The notes: generated by a model from the sequence alone, not told the origin. 32,000 bases of DNA from Gloeobacter kilaueensis JS1 (GCF_000484535.1 NC_022600.1:3990234-4022233), one strand, 5' to 3'; positions 16,258 through 25,900 are shown, numbered from the stretch's first letter. Program-made: numbers and translations.

Positions 16258-17163
16258 ATGGTCCAGAGCTGGTCCCCTGTCCTGACAGCGGACGGATCGT
16301 TTACTTTCTATAGCGCCGAATTTGAGCAGGCTTTTCACAGCACCAGCGGTGCCCGTCAAGAAGCCCTGCACAAGTTCGTCTTGCCCAGTGGCCTGCTGGA
16401 TCGGCCTGCTCCGATCCGCGTACTCGATATTTGCTACGGTCTGGGCTACAACAGCGCCGCCCTGCTCGATGCGCTCTGGCAGGTGCGACCGGCGGTGCGG
16501 GTCGAAATTCTGGCCCTCGAGCGCGATCTGACCATCCCTCGGGCTGCCTGGGGCAAGGGCTGGCTCGCCGGTTGGCCCCGCGCAGAGATGCTTTTGGGCC
16601 ACCTGGCCCAGACGGGAGCGGTCGAGACAGAACCACTAGCAGCCCGGCTCATCGTCGGCGATGCCCGGCAGACGATCCAGCAGGTGCCCCCGGCCTGGGC
16701 GGACGGCATCTTCCTCGATCCGTTCTCGCCGGAGCGCTGCCCGATGCTCTGGTCGGTAGAATTTTTGCGCCTGGTGGCCCGGCGTCTGCAGCCGGACGGG
16801 ACGCTGGTGAGTTACGCCTGCGGGGCGGCGGCCCGCCGGGCTTTGCAACTGGGTGGCCTTTTTGTCGGCTCGACGAAGCCGGTGGGCCGCCGCAGCCCCG
16901 GCACGGTTGCCAACCACCGGGGCGGCCTGCCGCCTCTATCGCGGCGCGAAGAAGAGCATCTTCTGACCAGGGCCGCCGTGCCCTACCGCGATCCGGACTT
17001 GAACGCCGACGCTGTCACCCTGCAGCAGAGGCGGGCTGCCGAGCAGGCAGGTAGTGCCCTGGAGCCCACCTCCCGCTGGAAGCGGCGCTGGGCCCTCAGG
17101 AAAAACGCTGCTGTGGAGGCAGGTCGTGCCCGCCAAAGAGCAGACAGCTCCCCGACGCCGTAG
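16258..17163 (+). CDS. MnmC-type SAM-dependent methyltransferase domain protein (DUF752-like; probable tRNA 5-methylaminomethyl-2-thiouridine pathway)
   Basis: Motifs present are VLDICYGLGYNSAA and the hallmark DGIFLDPFSPERCPMLWSVEFL (D-x-F-x-P-x-x-x-P-x-x-W), with no FAD oxidoreductase domain. The first ATG at 16258 is preferred over TTG at 16204. The Arg-rich C-terminal tail overlaps the umuC 3' end. Confidence 0.75.
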   Translation: MVQSWSPVLTADGSFTFYSAEFEQAFHSTSGARQEALHKFVLPSGLLDRPAPIRVLDICYGLGYNSAALLDALWQVRPAVRVEILALERDLTIPRAAWGKGWLAGWPRAEMLLGHLAQTGAVETEPLAARLIVGDARQTIQQVPPAWADGIFLDPFSPERCPMLWSVEFLRLVARRLQPDGTLVSYACGAAARRALQLGGLFVGSTKPVGRRSPGTVANHRGGLPPLSRREEEHLLTRAAVPYRDPDLNADAVTLQQRRAAEQAGSALEPTSRWKRRWALRKNAAVEAGRARQRADSSPTP

Positions 17164-18415
17164 CCGTCGGCAACTCGCCCCAGCGGGTACTCCAGCGAGG
17201 CGAGCAGAACCGGGAGCGGCCCCGCCAGGACTGCCGGGTGCCCTCGACGGCAAAGCGCACGCTGCCTGGGCCGTGCCTGGCGTTGAGGGCGTCGAGGGTA
17301 GACATCAACCGGCGGTCCTCTTCCACTTCTACGTCCCCAAACAGGCTGAGTTGCACGGTGTTTTGATCGTGCAAGTTGCTCAGCACCACACCAGCTTTCA
17401 CAAATTCCACCCCCTCGCGCCAGAGGGTTTCGATCAGGGCAAGCGCCTGCCGCTGCAGGAGTCGCGTGTCGTTGGCGGCGCACGTCAGGCTACAGCTTAT
17501 CGAATTGGTATAAAAGTTGGGCTCGAAGCGGTCGGACTGGACAAATACGCCCAGTTCCCCGGCTACCAGTTGCTCGCGCCGCAGCTTGCCCGCCGCTCTG
17601 GCAGCGAAGGTGGCCACCGCCTCCTGCAATAGCTCAAGGTCGGTGAGGGGCAGAGCGAACGAGCGGCTGACGACGATCGACTTTCTGGCCGCCGGTCTGG
17701 TAGAGAGCGGCAGACAGCTCTCACCCCGCAGTTCGAGCACTGTTCTTAGAGCAACGACGCTCATCCGGGCGCGCACCCAGCCGTCGGGCAATTCGCTCAG
17801 CTGCAGGGCCGTCGGGCACCCCCGCTCGGCGAGCAGCCTCGCCCAGCGCGGACCGATGCCCCAGACTTTACCCACCGGCAGACGCTCCAGCAGTTGCTTT
17901 TCTGCTCTCTCCTCCAGTAGCGCCAGAACGCCGACATCGATTAGATCCTGCTTGATGAGCCAGTTTGCCGCCTTTGCCAGCGTCTTGGTCCGGCCTGCGC
18001 CGATGCTCACCTCGATGCCTGTCCAGCGGGCAATTGTCCGCCGGATGAGTGAGAGCAGGGCGGTGAGCTTTTCGGGCTCGACCTCCAGCCTGAGGAACAC
18101 TTCGTCGATCGAGTACACCTCGATCGCGCTGGAGAACTGGCGCAAGCAGGCGACAACCCGGCGGGACATGTCGCCGTACAGCTCGAAGTTGGAGGAGCGC
18201 ACCTGCAAGCCGGCGGTCCGGATGAGTTTGCGAATCCGAAAAAAGGGCACCCCCCGGACGATGCCCAGTTGCTTTGCTGCCGCATTGAGGGCGATCACAC
18301 AGCCGTCGTTGTTGCTGAGCACCACCAGCGGCACCGTCGCCAAGCGCGGCTCGAAGACCGCTTCGCAGGCGGCGTAAAAACTGTTGCAATCGACGAGGGC
18401 GAACGTGCGGAGCAT
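17096..18415 (-). CDS. umuC: Y-family translesion DNA polymerase, UmuC subunit of Pol V
   Basis: The N-terminus FALVDCNSFYAACEAVFEP...VVLSNNDGCVIA matches the Y-family catalytic motif. The C-terminal QSWRGRSRFCSPRWSTRW resembles the UmuC tail. The start was chosen at ATG 18415, 10 nt after the umuD stop, and the ORF track extends to 18511. Confidence 0.92.
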   Translation of the reverse strand: MLRTFALVDCNSFYAACEAVFEPRLATVPLVVLSNNDGCVIALNAAAKQLGIVRGVPFFRIRKLIRTAGLQVRSSNFELYGDMSRRVVACLRQFSSAIEVYSIDEVFLRLEVEPEKLTALLSLIRRTIARWTGIEVSIGAGRTKTLAKAANWLIKQDLIDVGVLALLEERAEKQLLERLPVGKVWGIGPRWARLLAERGCPTALQLSELPDGWVRARMSVVALRTVLELRGESCLPLSTRPAARKSIVVSRSFALPLTDLELLQEAVATFAARAAGKLRREQLVAGELGVFVQSDRFEPNFYTNSISCSLTCAANDTRLLQRQALALIETLWREGVEFVKAGVVLSNLHDQNTVQLSLFGDVEVEEDRRLMSTLDALNARHGPGSVRFAVEGTRQSWRGRSRFCSPRWSTRWGELPTATASGSCLLFGGHDLPPQQRFS

Positions 18416-18425
18416 CACAACTTTT

Positions 18426-18848
18426 TCAAAGAGCGTGGATGACGTGGGTGACGACGCCCCAGATTGCCAGGTCACTTTCTGCCCGCACCTCCAGGGGCGC
18501 GTAGGCGGCATTTTCCGGCACCAGCCACACCTGCCGGTCCTGCAGGCGGAGGCGCTTGAGCGTCAGTTCGCCGTCGATGATGGCGACGACGATACTGTGA
18601 TCGGCAGGTTCGAGGCTGCGATCGACGATGAGCAAGTCCCCCGGATGGATGCCCGCCCCGGTCATGCTCGTGCCGCTCGCCCGCAGATAAAACGTCGCCG
18701 CCGGGTGGCGGACCAGATGCTCGTTGAGATCGAGCCACTCGTCTATGCAGGCGTCCTCCGCCGGACTCGGAAAACCCGCCGGCACCGGCTGGCTAAATAA
18801 AGGCAGCGCCCAGCGCACCCCAAAAACCGCTCCCAGCCCATCGCCCAT
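18426..18848 (-). CDS. umuD: UmuD, S24 self-cleaving peptidase subunit of Pol V
   Basis: The 140-aa product is collinear with enterobacterial UmuD. It has the cleavage-site context PA|GFPSPAED, the nucleophile motif ASGTSM and the Lys in ELTLKRL. GGAGG lies 6 nt upstream of the ATG. Confidence 0.92.
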   Translation of the reverse strand: MGDGLGAVFGVRWALPLFSQPVPAGFPSPAEDACIDEWLDLNEHLVRHPAATFYLRASGTSMTGAGIHPGDLLIVDRSLEPADHSIVVAIIDGELTLKRLRLQDRQVWLVPENAAYAPLEVRAESDLAIWGVVTHVIHAL

Positions 18849-18924
18849 CCTCTACCTCCCGGCTGTACCTATAGGCCAGATTACCGAAGGCATGGACTTT
18901 TGTCCATAAAAGCAGGCAGCGCCC

Positions 18925-18954
18925 TGTATTATACAAAATACAACCATAATACAA
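18925..18954 (-). promoter_or_regulatory. Candidate umuDC promoter/operator region
   Basis: The minus strand reads TTGTAT-n5-TTGTAT-n1-TTGTATAAT. This gives three TTGTAT direct repeats (plus-strand ATACAA at 18931, 18938 and 18949). The last repeat is fused to a TATAAT -10 hexamer (18928-18933). An 11-bp palindrome TGTAT-T-ATACA (18925-18935) overlaps it. The region lies about 80 nt upstream of umuD. Confidence 0.3.
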
Positions 18955-18975
18955 GCTAATCTTCCGGAGGCCGCC

Positions 18976-19665
18976 GTGGCGATTCGCATTGCGCCGATTG
19001 CCCTCGAACACATCGGTAGTTACCGCCGGACCCTCGACGCGGTGGCCCGCGAGCGGCGCTACCTGTTGCTCCTTGAAGCGCCTGCCCTGCCGGATGTCGA
19101 AGCCTGGATTCGCTCCGGTATCGAAAGGGGTGCGCCGTGCTTTATCGCCCTCGACGGCGACGAGGAAGTGGTGGGCTGGTGCGCCATTCATCCTGGATCG
19201 TGGCCGGGAACTGAGCACGTCGGTCATCTGGGGATCGGTGTGCTGGCGAGCCATCGGGGACAGGGCATCGGTCGGCAGCTTATCGAAACCACCGTCACAG
19301 CCGCCTTTGCCGCTAACCTGGAGCGGATCGAACTGGAGGTATTTGCTTCCAACGGGGGAGCGATCGGCTTTTACGAGGCGTTCGGCTTTCGGTACGAAGG
19401 CTGCCGACGCAAGGCGCGCTATCTCGACGGCCTTTACGACGATCTGCTGCTGATGGCTCTATTGCGCGACGAGCAGTGCCCCTCTGCTCCCTCGGCTCCA
19501 GTGGAAAAAAAGTCCCAGGCCATTATTGAGCGCATCGAGCGCGAGAGCGGTGTACTGGGGCTTGTCGGATTGCTCACCGAGCATCTATCAGCGGATGAGC
19601 TGCAGGTGCTGCTCCTGGAAGCCTTCCGGCAGAAGGGTGAGCGGAGTACGCGGACGGCTCAGTAG
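18976..19665 (+). CDS. GNAT-family N-acetyltransferase with a ~60-aa C-terminal extension
   Basis: The start is GTG with GGAGG upstream. The acetyl-CoA-binding motif is present (LASHRGQGIGRQLIE), followed by ELEVFASNGGAIGFYEAFGFRYEG. The tail after residue ~165 is unassigned. Confidence 0.85.
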   Translation: MAIRIAPIALEHIGSYRRTLDAVARERRYLLLLEAPALPDVEAWIRSGIERGAPCFIALDGDEEVVGWCAIHPGSWPGTEHVGHLGIGVLASHRGQGIGRQLIETTVTAAFAANLERIELEVFASNGGAIGFYEAFGFRYEGCRRKARYLDGLYDDLLLMALLRDEQCPSAPSAPVEKKSQAIIERIERESGVLGLVGLLTEHLSADELQVLLLEAFRQKGERSTRTAQ

Positions 19666-19687
19666 CGAGCGCGCCGTTCACTTACTG

Positions 19688-19725
19688 CTGTTTCAACTTC
19701 CCAGCCCCTGTCTCCAGTGGGAAGA
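19688..19725 (+). repeat. Short hairpin repeat, copy 1
   Basis: The sequence is ctgtttcaaCTTCCCAgcc-cctgtct-ccagTGGGAAGa. A 7-bp inverted repeat (CTTCCCA/TGGGAAG) is present. The 19-nt left arm is identical to 19973-19991. Confidence 0.6.
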
Positions 19726-19770
19726 AGTGAGCGCAAGACAAGCCTGAAACTGACTTCACCTGGCCCATTG

Positions 19771-19862
19771 GCAGCCCAGTTACGGTGAACCCCCCTCCTT
19801 TCTCCTCGCCCCGGCGGGGGCAGGAGAGAGGAGGGGGGCAGGGGGGTGGAGAGAGGTGGGGG
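19771..19862 (+). repeat. GC-rich palindromic intergenic repeat, copy 2
   Basis: It has the same leader as 9208-9320. Its arms cccctcctttctcctcgcccc / ggggcaggagagaggagggg form a hairpin of about 20 bp with one indel and one mismatch. Confidence 0.75.
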
Positions 19863-19972
19863 AAATGCTCACCTGATCCTCCCAACTATTTACCGATCAA
19901 CTTCGCACTCAAAACCGCGCAAGTATTGAGTGCATTGGTATCAAATATCGGCTCAAAGTAGCCGGGAAAAGT

Positions 19973-20028
19973 CTGTTTCAACTTCCCAGCCAGCGACTTT
20001 GTGTTTTCCCTCACCCCCAGTGGGGAGA
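19973..20028 (+). repeat. Short hairpin repeat, copy 2 (expanded loop)
   Basis: It has the identical 19-nt left arm ctgtttcaacttcccagcc and the related right arm ccagtggggaga. These are separated by 25 nt here versus 7 nt in copy 1. Confidence 0.6.
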
Positions 20029-20187
20029 TCAGGAGGCTGCCCTGGGTACTCGCATCGTGCCGATGGGATAGCGAAGCCAGTCATTCTTTTTGCGACGCAA
20101 TCTAGAAACAGTAGCGTCGTGAGGGGCGCTGCCTGTAGGATCAACGAGTTTCGTCCGCCAAAATCGCCGAACCCACAGGATGCAGCC

Positions 20188-22101
20188 ATGACGACAAGCC
20201 TTGTCCGCTTTCCGATCGACCTCACCCGCTACAAACCATTGGCGCTCGACCCGAGTCGGCCCACTCTCACGGACGCAGAGCGCGAGACGCTCCGGGGCAA
20301 TATTCAGTTTTGCCGGGATGCGATTGTGTTTTTTACCGCCACCGGGGCGGCCCACGGCGTCGGCGGCCACACCGGAGGGCCCTACGATACGGTGCCCGAG
20401 GTGATGATCCTCGAAGCTTTCTTCAAAGGTGCGCCCGATCGCTTCGTGCCGATCTGCTTCGACGAGGCGGGCCACCGCGTCGCGACCCAGTACCTGCTTG
20501 CCGCTCTACACGGAGATCTGCCCTGGGAGCAGTTGCTCCATTACCGGGAGGCGGGTTCTCACCTGCCCGGCCATCCGGAGTTGGGGCTGACGCCGGGAGT
20601 CAAGTTCAGTTCCGGTCGTCTGGGCCACCTGTGGCCCTACGTCAACGGCGTGGCCCTGGCCAACCCCGATAAGGTCGTCATCTGCCTGGGTTCGGACGGC
20701 TCTCAGCAAGAAGGCGATGACGCGGAGGCAGCCCGCCTCGCGGTCAAGCTGGGCCTCAACGTCAAACTGGTCATCGACGACAACGATGTGACGATCGCCG
20801 GGCACCCTTCGGAGTACCTGCCGGGCTACAGCGTCGGCAAGACCCTGAGCGGCCATGGCCTCGCAGTCGAAGCGGGGGACGGCGAGGATCTCGACCAGTT
20901 GTACACCCGGCTGTGCGCGGCAGTTAACACCCATGGGCCGGTGGCGGTCATCAACAAGCGCAAGATGGCGGTGGGCATCGATGGCCTCGAAGGCTCGACC
21001 CACGGCCACGATGTCATCCCCGTCGATAAGGCGGTGGCCTACCTCGAAAAGCGCGGCCAGGACGAAGCAGCCCGCTACCTCAAGCAGTTGCAAAAGCCCA
21101 AGGACACCTACACCTACCTGGGTTCGGGCAACAAACTGGGCTCCAACCGCACCGTCTTCGGCGAGGCGGTGGTAGAAGTACTGTCCAGGCTCGACGAGCC
21201 GACCCGCAAGCGGACGGTGATGTGCATCGACAGCGACCTGGAAGGCTCCACCGGCCTCAAGGTGATTCGCGAGCGCTTCCCGGATATCTACGTCAGTTCG
21301 GGAATCATGGAGCGGGGCAACTTTTCCGCTGCCGCCGGTTTCGGGATGGCCGAGGGCAAGCAGGGCATCTTCAGCACCTTCAGCGCCTTTCTTGAGATGT
21401 GCATCTCAGAAATTACGATGGCCCGTCTGAATCGCTCGAACGTGCTCAGCCACTACTCCCACGCGGGCATCGACGATATGGCCGACAACACCTGCCACTT
21501 CGGCATCAACAACCTGTTTGCCGACAACGGCCTCGACGACGGCTACGAGACGCGGCTATATTTCCCGGCGGACGCCGCCCAGATGCGCGCCTGTGTGGAG
21601 GCGGTCTTCCCCCAGCCGGGTTTGCGCTTTATCTTCTCGACCCGTTCAAAGACACCGAACATTCTCACCGCCGAGGGCAGCGACTTTTATGGGCCGGGCT
21701 ACAGCTTCACCCCCGGCAAGGACGAGGTGATCCGCGAGGGCAGCGCCGGTACGATCGTGAGCTTCGGCGAAGCGCTGTACCGCTGCCTCGATGCGGTCGA
21801 ACGCCTCAAGCAGGAGGGCATCGATGTCGGCTTGATCAACAAACCGACCCTCAACGTGATCGACGAGCAGAGCCTGGCACGGGCCGGCGCTTCGCCCTTC
21901 GTGCTGGTGGTCGAAGGTTTCAACCGGCGCACCGGACTGGGCAGCCGCTTTGGCTCGTGGCTTCTGGAGCGGGGCTTTGCCCCCAGATTCGCTCACCTCG
22001 GTACCCACAAGGAAGGCTGCGGTGGTCTCTGGGAGCAGTACCCCTACCAGGGCCTCGACCCGGTGAGCATCATTGCCAAAGTCAAGGAACTGGTGGGCTG
22101 A
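20188..22101 (+). CDS. Transketolase-family thiamine-diphosphate-dependent enzyme (single chain, N- and C-terminal halves fused)
   Basis: The start was chosen at the internal ATG at 20188 (MTTSLVRFPIDL). TPP-binding strings are present: GGHTGGPYDTVPE and GSDGSQQEGDDAEAARLAVKLGLNVKLVIDDNDVTIAG, the latter matching the GDG...E-G...N-L...D-N pattern. These are followed by pyrimidine-binding and C-terminal domains. The 86 upstream codons of the ORF run through repeat elements. Confidence 0.85.
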   Translation: MTTSLVRFPIDLTRYKPLALDPSRPTLTDAERETLRGNIQFCRDAIVFFTATGAAHGVGGHTGGPYDTVPEVMILEAFFKGAPDRFVPICFDEAGHRVATQYLLAALHGDLPWEQLLHYREAGSHLPGHPELGLTPGVKFSSGRLGHLWPYVNGVALANPDKVVICLGSDGSQQEGDDAEAARLAVKLGLNVKLVIDDNDVTIAGHPSEYLPGYSVGKTLSGHGLAVEAGDGEDLDQLYTRLCAAVNTHGPVAVINKRKMAVGIDGLEGSTHGHDVIPVDKAVAYLEKRGQDEAARYLKQLQKPKDTYTYLGSGNKLGSNRTVFGEAVVEVLSRLDEPTRKRTVMCIDSDLEGSTGLKVIRERFPDIYVSSGIMERGNFSAAAGFGMAEGKQGIFSTFSAFLEMCISEITMARLNRSNVLSHYSHAGIDDMADNTCHFGINNLFADNGLDDGYETRLYFPADAAQMRACVEAVFPQPGLRFIFSTRSKTPNILTAEGSDFYGPGYSFTPGKDEVIREGSAGTIVSFGEALYRCLDAVERLKQEGIDVGLINKPTLNVIDEQSLARAGASPFVLVVEGFNRRTGLGSRFGSWLLERGFAPRFAHLGTHKEGCGGLWEQYPYQGLDPVSIIAKVKELVG

Positions 22102-22107
22102 GGTGGC

Positions 22108-22944
22108 TTAGAGCCGGTCGCGGTTTTTGGTCCGCACCCGCTCGTAGAGCTGCTCCATCACCGCGATAAACGAATTGTCCCGGTGCCAGAAAGCCGGGTA
22201 GTCTCCCTGGGTCTTGACCAGAAGCGCTGCGACGGCGGTGGGCCTGGGGCTCTGGGGGGGCGGCAGGTGTTTTTCTCCGTGCCAGAAGCGCTTGAGGTCG
22301 ATGAGTTCTGGAAGGGGAACCGTGCCGGGCCGCGTGTAATAAGTATCAATCGCTACCGGGTCCAGGGGCGTCGCTTCGAGCTGACTGGCGAGGGCGCGCC
22401 CCAGGGGAGATTTGAGCAGTTCGGCCTGCAGAGCCTCGCGGCTCAGCCCCCGCAACTCGAAGAGCAAAAAGGGATTGGCGTCCAACTCGGCTGCCAGGCG
22501 ATAGCAGACACCAGCCACGTGCTTGCAGGGGTTCGCCCAGTCCGGACAGGAACAGCTGGTCTGAAAATCCCAACTGCCGACGGGCAAAAGCCGCTCGTCT
22601 GAGCGCTTAAAACTCGCCTCGATGTCGTCGGGCATCTGGTTCATCAACAGTTGCGCCACACTGCTCGCCTGGGTGGATAGGTGCCGGATGATCCGCTCCC
22701 AGGCAGGGGCAGGAATGTTCGTCAGCGCAATCGTCGTCTGGTAGCGGGGTTCCTTGTAGACCCCGTAGTAAGGGTTGACGTTGCCCCGCACCGTCGCCCG
22801 GATCGTCGCACCGTCGATCTCAAAGTGCAGCAGACGATCCGGCCCCGAGTAGGCGTTGCCCCGGCTGAGGCGCGCCCCATCGCAAAAGAGCCGCAGCGCA
22901 TCGAGAAAGCGCTTTCCCCACCAGGTACGGCTGTGCTGGACCAT
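22108..22944 (-). CDS. SWIM zinc-finger protein
   Basis: The CxCx(n)CxH motif is present (CSCPDWANPCKHVAGVCY). The gene starts 10 nt after the stop of the SNF2 gene on the same strand. Confidence 0.85.
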   Translation of the reverse strand: MVQHSRTWWGKRFLDALRLFCDGARLSRGNAYSGPDRLLHFEIDGATIRATVRGNVNPYYGVYKEPRYQTTIALTNIPAPAWERIIRHLSTQASSVAQLLMNQMPDDIEASFKRSDERLLPVGSWDFQTSCSCPDWANPCKHVAGVCYRLAAELDANPFLLFELRGLSREALQAELLKSPLGRALASQLEATPLDPVAIDTYYTRPGTVPLPELIDLKRFWHGEKHLPPPQSPRPTAVAALLVKTQGDYPAFWHRDNSFIAVMEQLYERVRTKNRDRL

Positions 22945-22954
22945 CGGCTGTCTC

Positions 22955-25900
22955 CTATTCGAGTAGAGCGCTCTCGCTCAGGGCAATCAGTTCTTTGAAG
23001 CGCTCGTTGTCCAGTTCGCTCAGCCACGACTCGTCCGCGCCGACGATGGCGGAGGCGACCTGTTTTTTGTGTTCGATCATCTGGTCGATGCGCTCTTCGA
23101 GGGTACCCATGACCACAAATTTGTGGACAAAGACATTTTTGATCTGCCCGATGCGAAAGGCGCGGTCGGTGGCCTGGTCTTCGACCGCCGGATTCCACCA
23201 GCGGTCGAAGTGAAAGACGTGGTTGGCGCGGGTGAGGGTGATGCCGACCCCACCCGCCTTCAAAGAGAGAATAAAGACCGAAGGGCCGGTGTCGGGGTCT
23301 TGAAATTCGCTGATCTGCCGCTCGCGCTTTTCGCGGCTGACGCCGCCGTGCAAAAAATAGGTGTTGTAGTGTCGCTGGCGCAGGTGCCGCTCCAGGGCGG
23401 CCCCGATTTCACGAAACTGGCTGAAGACGAGCAGGCTCTCGCCCTCGGCGATCACCTCCTCGATCATCTCGCCCAGGCGGCTGAGCTTGTGGGAGCGCTC
23501 CGGGCTGAAGGGGCTGTTGTCTTGCAGAAACTGCATCGGGTGGTTGCAGATTTGCTTGAGTCGGGTGAGGGTGGCGAGGATCAATCCCTTGCGGGCGATG
23601 CCCTCCACCTGCTCGATCTGCGCTTCGACGTCCTTGAGCACCGCCGCATAGAGCGACGCCTGCTCCCGCGTCAACTGGCAGTAGAGCTTTTGCTCGATCT
23701 TGTCGGGCAGGTCGCGGATGATGTTGGGATCGCTCTTGACCCGCCGCAGGACCAGCGGTTCGATGAGCCGCTTGAGCCGGGCGGCTTGCTCGCGGTCGTT
23801 TTCTTTTTGAATCGGCAGCTCGAAGCGCTTGCGAAACTGGCTCTCGTTGCCCAGGTAGCCGGGGTTGAGAAACTGGAAAATAGACCACAGATCGAGCAGG
23901 CGGTTCTCGATCGGTGTTCCGGTGAGGGCGAGGCGGGAGCGGGCGGGCAATTTCTGGATCGCCCGCGTCTGGCCGGCCTTTGGATTTTTGATGTTCTGGG
24001 CCTCGTCGATCACCAGCCGCTGCCACTCGAGCGCGCCAAAGAGCCGCTCGTCCTTGCGCACCAGAGTGTACGAGCTGAGCACGACATCGTGGGTACGGCA
24101 GGCAGCCTGGAACGCTTCCGATGTCTGGGGACGACCAGAGCCGTGATGGACGTGGACTTTGAGTTGGGGCGCGAACTTTTCAATTTCCTTGCGCCAGTTA
24201 CCCAGCACCGAGGTCGGAGCAATCAGCAGGGTCGGAGCCGCTGCGGGCGATTCGGCCTTTTCGTGGAGGAGTCGGGCAATCACCTGCAGGCTCTTGCCCA
24301 GGCCCATGTCGTCGGCCAGACAGCCGCCCAAGCCCAGCTGTTCGAGGTAGGTGAGCCAGGAGAGCCCCCGCTGCTGGTAGGGGCGCAGCCTGCCCACCAA
24401 TCCGGGCGGATCGGCGAGGGCGATCAGCCGGCTCTGGTCGCTGAGCCGGTCCAGCATCGAGCGCAGAGCGGCATCGCATTCAAATTCCAGATCGCTTTCG
24501 GAGGCACTCAACTTCATCCACTCCAGCAGCGACAGCGCCGGTCGTTCCTCGCGGTGCCTGCGCCAGAACTCGAGCATCTGCTGCATCCGTTCCGCTTCGA
24601 GCACCAGCCACTGGCCGCGCAGCTGCACCAGGGGCAACTTGGCTGCGATCAACTTCTGCCACTCCGACTCGCTCAGGCTCTGATCGCCGATGCTCAGCTC
24701 GTACTGGTAGTCGATGAGCGTCTGCAGGTTCAATAGTCCCTGGCCCGCAGAAGCCGCCTGGCGGGCAGTTGCCTTCAGCCGAATACGGGCGCGACGGCGG
24801 CCCTCGGGGGTCCACCAAGCGGGCACCAGCACCCGAAAACCAGCCTCCTCCAGTACCCAGGCGCTGTCCTGCAAAAAGGCGAAGGCTTCCTCCACCTCCA
24901 GATCCAGCCCGACCGGATGGGAGGTGCGCAGCCCCGCCCAGAGGAGCGGGCACATCCGCGCCGCGTAGCCAAGGGCTAAAAGCAGGTTCGCCTCAAAATC
25001 GCTGCCCAGCCAGTGCTGCTGCCACTGCTGCCGTTCGGCCTCGGGCGCACTCCAGTAATCGAACAGCGACAACCGCCAGGACGGATCGCGGCGCGAGGCC
25101 ACCAGAAAGCTCAATTGCCAGAGCGTCTGGTGCTCGTCCTCTTCCTCCGGTGCCTCCAGTTGCAGGCAGAGCACGAAGGCGGTGCTGCTCCACAGGTGGG
25201 TGAGTTTTTGCTGCCAGGATTGCCACTGCCGGTAATCGTCCAGAGCACCCGGACGATCCGCCGACCAGTAACTCTGAGCACCCGACAAACAGTCTGCCAC
25301 CAGTGAGCCGCTCAGTTGCTGGTCGAAGGCCGCCGTCAGCGGCGTATGGGTGACGACGGCGTTCAGGACCACTTCACAGAAGTGGCGCAGCAGATCTTCT
25401 GCAACCAGCGGAGAACTGGGAGGCTGTAGGCCGACGCTGCCCAGGGTGCAGACCAGGGGCATCGCTTCGGCGTACTGCCTGAGGCCCGCCTCGTACTGCT
25501 CGCCGACGCACTGCCAGCCCGGATAGATCTGGGCGGGGGGCGCTTTCTTTTTGCCCTTCTCAGGGGGCAGCTTTCGGTATCTGAGCGCCGGGATGTAGTG
25601 GTCCTTGTAGATGACGGCTTTGAGAAACTGACTGCAATGGTGCCAGAACAGCAGATCGCCCCCCAGTTGAATCTCGCCCCGGTTCTGCTGAATAAGAAAG
25701 TGCAGGTCGTGCAGAAAGCGGACAAGTCCGCCCGCCGGAAGCCTGTAGCAATCGATCGGCTGGGGCTGCCACTGCCAGTCAGTGGGCAGTTCTAATTCCA
25801 GAAATCGCGCCAGCTCCGGCGAAGGCAGGGAGCGACCACTGGCGGCAGGCAGCAAAAAGCTGCAGCGGACGATCTGCCGCCGGACCTGGGCGGGAGGACC

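Noticed and set aside
18924-18944. An E. coli-type SOS box, because the sequence begins CTGTAT as in CTGT-n8-ACAG.
   Set aside because: The distal half is ACAA after 12 nt, not ACAG after 8 nt. It does not fit the proteobacterial consensus and is kept only as an unconventional operator candidate.
19860-19900. A TPP-riboswitch-like fragment (acctgatc) upstream of a thiamine-dependent enzyme gene.
   Set aside because: Only this short string matches. The conserved CTGAGA element and the TGGATAATGCCAGCG-type pyrimidine-sensor helix are absent. The match also overlaps the end of the GC-rich repeat.
19688-20028. A possible CRISPR remnant. The 19688 element starts GTTTCAAC…, is about 38 nt long and has an internal stem, like some cyanobacterial CRISPR repeats.
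   Set aside because: There are only two copies, 285 nt apart, which is far beyond spacer length. The copies diverge after 19 nt. No cas genes or leader are in the window. It is better described as a dispersed hairpin repeat.
19930-20187. An 86-codon N-terminal extension of the transketolase-family ORF.
   Set aside because: The extension reads through the short hairpin repeat (19973-20028) and has no similarity to transketolase N-termini. The ATG at 20188 gives a sensible N-terminus.
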